A DNA stretch of 64,000 bases from Synechococcales cyanobacterium bin31.maxbin.ball.101 (GTDB taxonomy: Bacteria; Cyanobacteriota; Cyanobacteriia; Leptolyngbyales; Leptolyngbyaceae). The stretch spans positions 980 through 64,979 of the forward strand of contig JAAFJU010000011.1 in assembly GCA_013298165.1 (NCBI GenBank), given 5' to 3'. Both the position numbers and the translations under genes were made by a program. Shown here piece by piece: positions 63,641 through 64,000 of this stretch (position 1 is its first letter; each line of letters starts with the position of its first letter). The notes under the pieces are model-generated. The model was not told the origin of the DNA. It ran no database searches and worked only from the letters and a program-made list of their open reading frames with translations.

Positions 63641-64000
63641 TTATACGCCTTGCCCTGCTGCTAGAAGTTGTCGCCGCAGTAAATCTAGAGCCGTGCAAAT
63701 GGTCACAGTCCTGACCCATTCCCGACCCCGATCGCCGAACCGATAGGGCATTGCGGTCACGCCTTGGGGACCTGCCACGCCGATGTAGACTAGTCCCACG
63801 GGTTTTTCTTGACTGCCGCCACCGGGACCTGCGATGCCCGTAACACTCAAGCCCCAGTCTGTCCCGAGCCGATCGCGTACGCCCATGGCCATCTGAGCCG
63901 CGACCGCCTCACTCACGGCCCCATCCTGTTCTAAAACAGCGGTTTCAACGCCGAGCAGCGCAGACTTGACCCGATTGTCATAGGCGATCACGCCGCCCCA
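63641..64000 (-). CDS. CinA C-terminal domain (nicotinamide-nucleotide amidohydrolase type), partial
   Basis: GGVIAYDNRVKSALLGV...AVSEAVAAQMA.GVR...D.GLSVTGIAGPGGG...KPVGLVYIGV. The ORF continues past the window end. Confidence 0.85.
   Translation of the reverse strand, partial: WGGVIAYDNRVKSALLGVETAVLEQDGAVSEAVAAQMAMGVRDRLGTDWGLSVTGIAGPGGGSQEKPVGLVYIGVAGPQGVTAMPYRFGDRGREWVRTVTICTALDLLRRQLLAAGQGV

Noticed and set aside
1-64000. A search for tRNA, rRNA, tmRNA, RNase P, riboswitch or group I/II intron signatures and for IS transposases.
   Set aside because: I could not recognise any cloverleaf-compatible or otherwise familiar structured-RNA sequence in the intergenic regions by eye, and no transposase-like ORF is present. 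A covariance-model scan (Infernal/Rfam, tRNAscan-SE) would be needed to exclude small RNAs.

Overview
This window looks like a cyanobacterial chromosome segment. GCGATCGC (HIP1) palindromes are very dense, and several genes are typical of the phylum: cmpR-cmpABCD, a CAAD/CurT-like gene, xisH/xisI, a CPP1-like gene and a DUF3386-like gene. I support about 75 protein-coding genes. I recognised no rRNA, tRNA, CRISPR array, transposase or integrase.

Housekeeping genes:
- thrS, miaB, a cysQ-like phosphatase, hisIE, clpS, lexA and a sucC/sucD-like pair
- an RluA-family pseudouridine synthase, aroQ and a cinA C-terminal domain (partial)
- a UvrD-family helicase, a livF-type ATPase and the bicarbonate transporter operon cmpABCD with divergent cmpR

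Signalling genes:
- two tandem CBS-domain histidine kinases
- an OmpR-type response regulator
- a Ser/Thr kinase next to a HEAT-repeat protein

Accessory patches:
1. 1-7.7 kb: an islet of toxin-antitoxin and nuclease genes around thrS. It holds three Uma2 endonucleases, BrnT with an antitoxin, a Fic protein, a PD-(D/E)xK protein and a DUF433/PIN-like pair.
2. 9.2-13 kb: a DUF790 nuclease without its usual helicase partner, several unknown proteins, an ankyrin protein and an antitoxin-like gene followed by an unknown 205-aa partner.
3. 30.4-34.9 kb, the window centre and the best candidate for an undescribed system.
   - It is a compact co-oriented minus-strand array. It encodes a 481-aa protein I cannot place in a family, with a soluble N-domain, a glycine-zipper membrane core and an acidic helical tail.
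   - That gene is followed by two tandem modules, each a small DUF5678-like protein plus a retropepsin-like aspartic protease. One of the two proteases is frameshifted.
   - Next to the array is an 878-bp two-gene cassette encoding a papain-fold toxin-like protein and an immunity-like protein. It is bracketed by 98-bp direct repeats that duplicate the 3' end of the helicase gene.

At least three families of short GC-rich palindromic or MITE-like repeats are scattered through the window. They sit mostly at gene 3' ends, and one copy lies inside a coding region.

All family names come from reading the translations and from memory. No database search was run.
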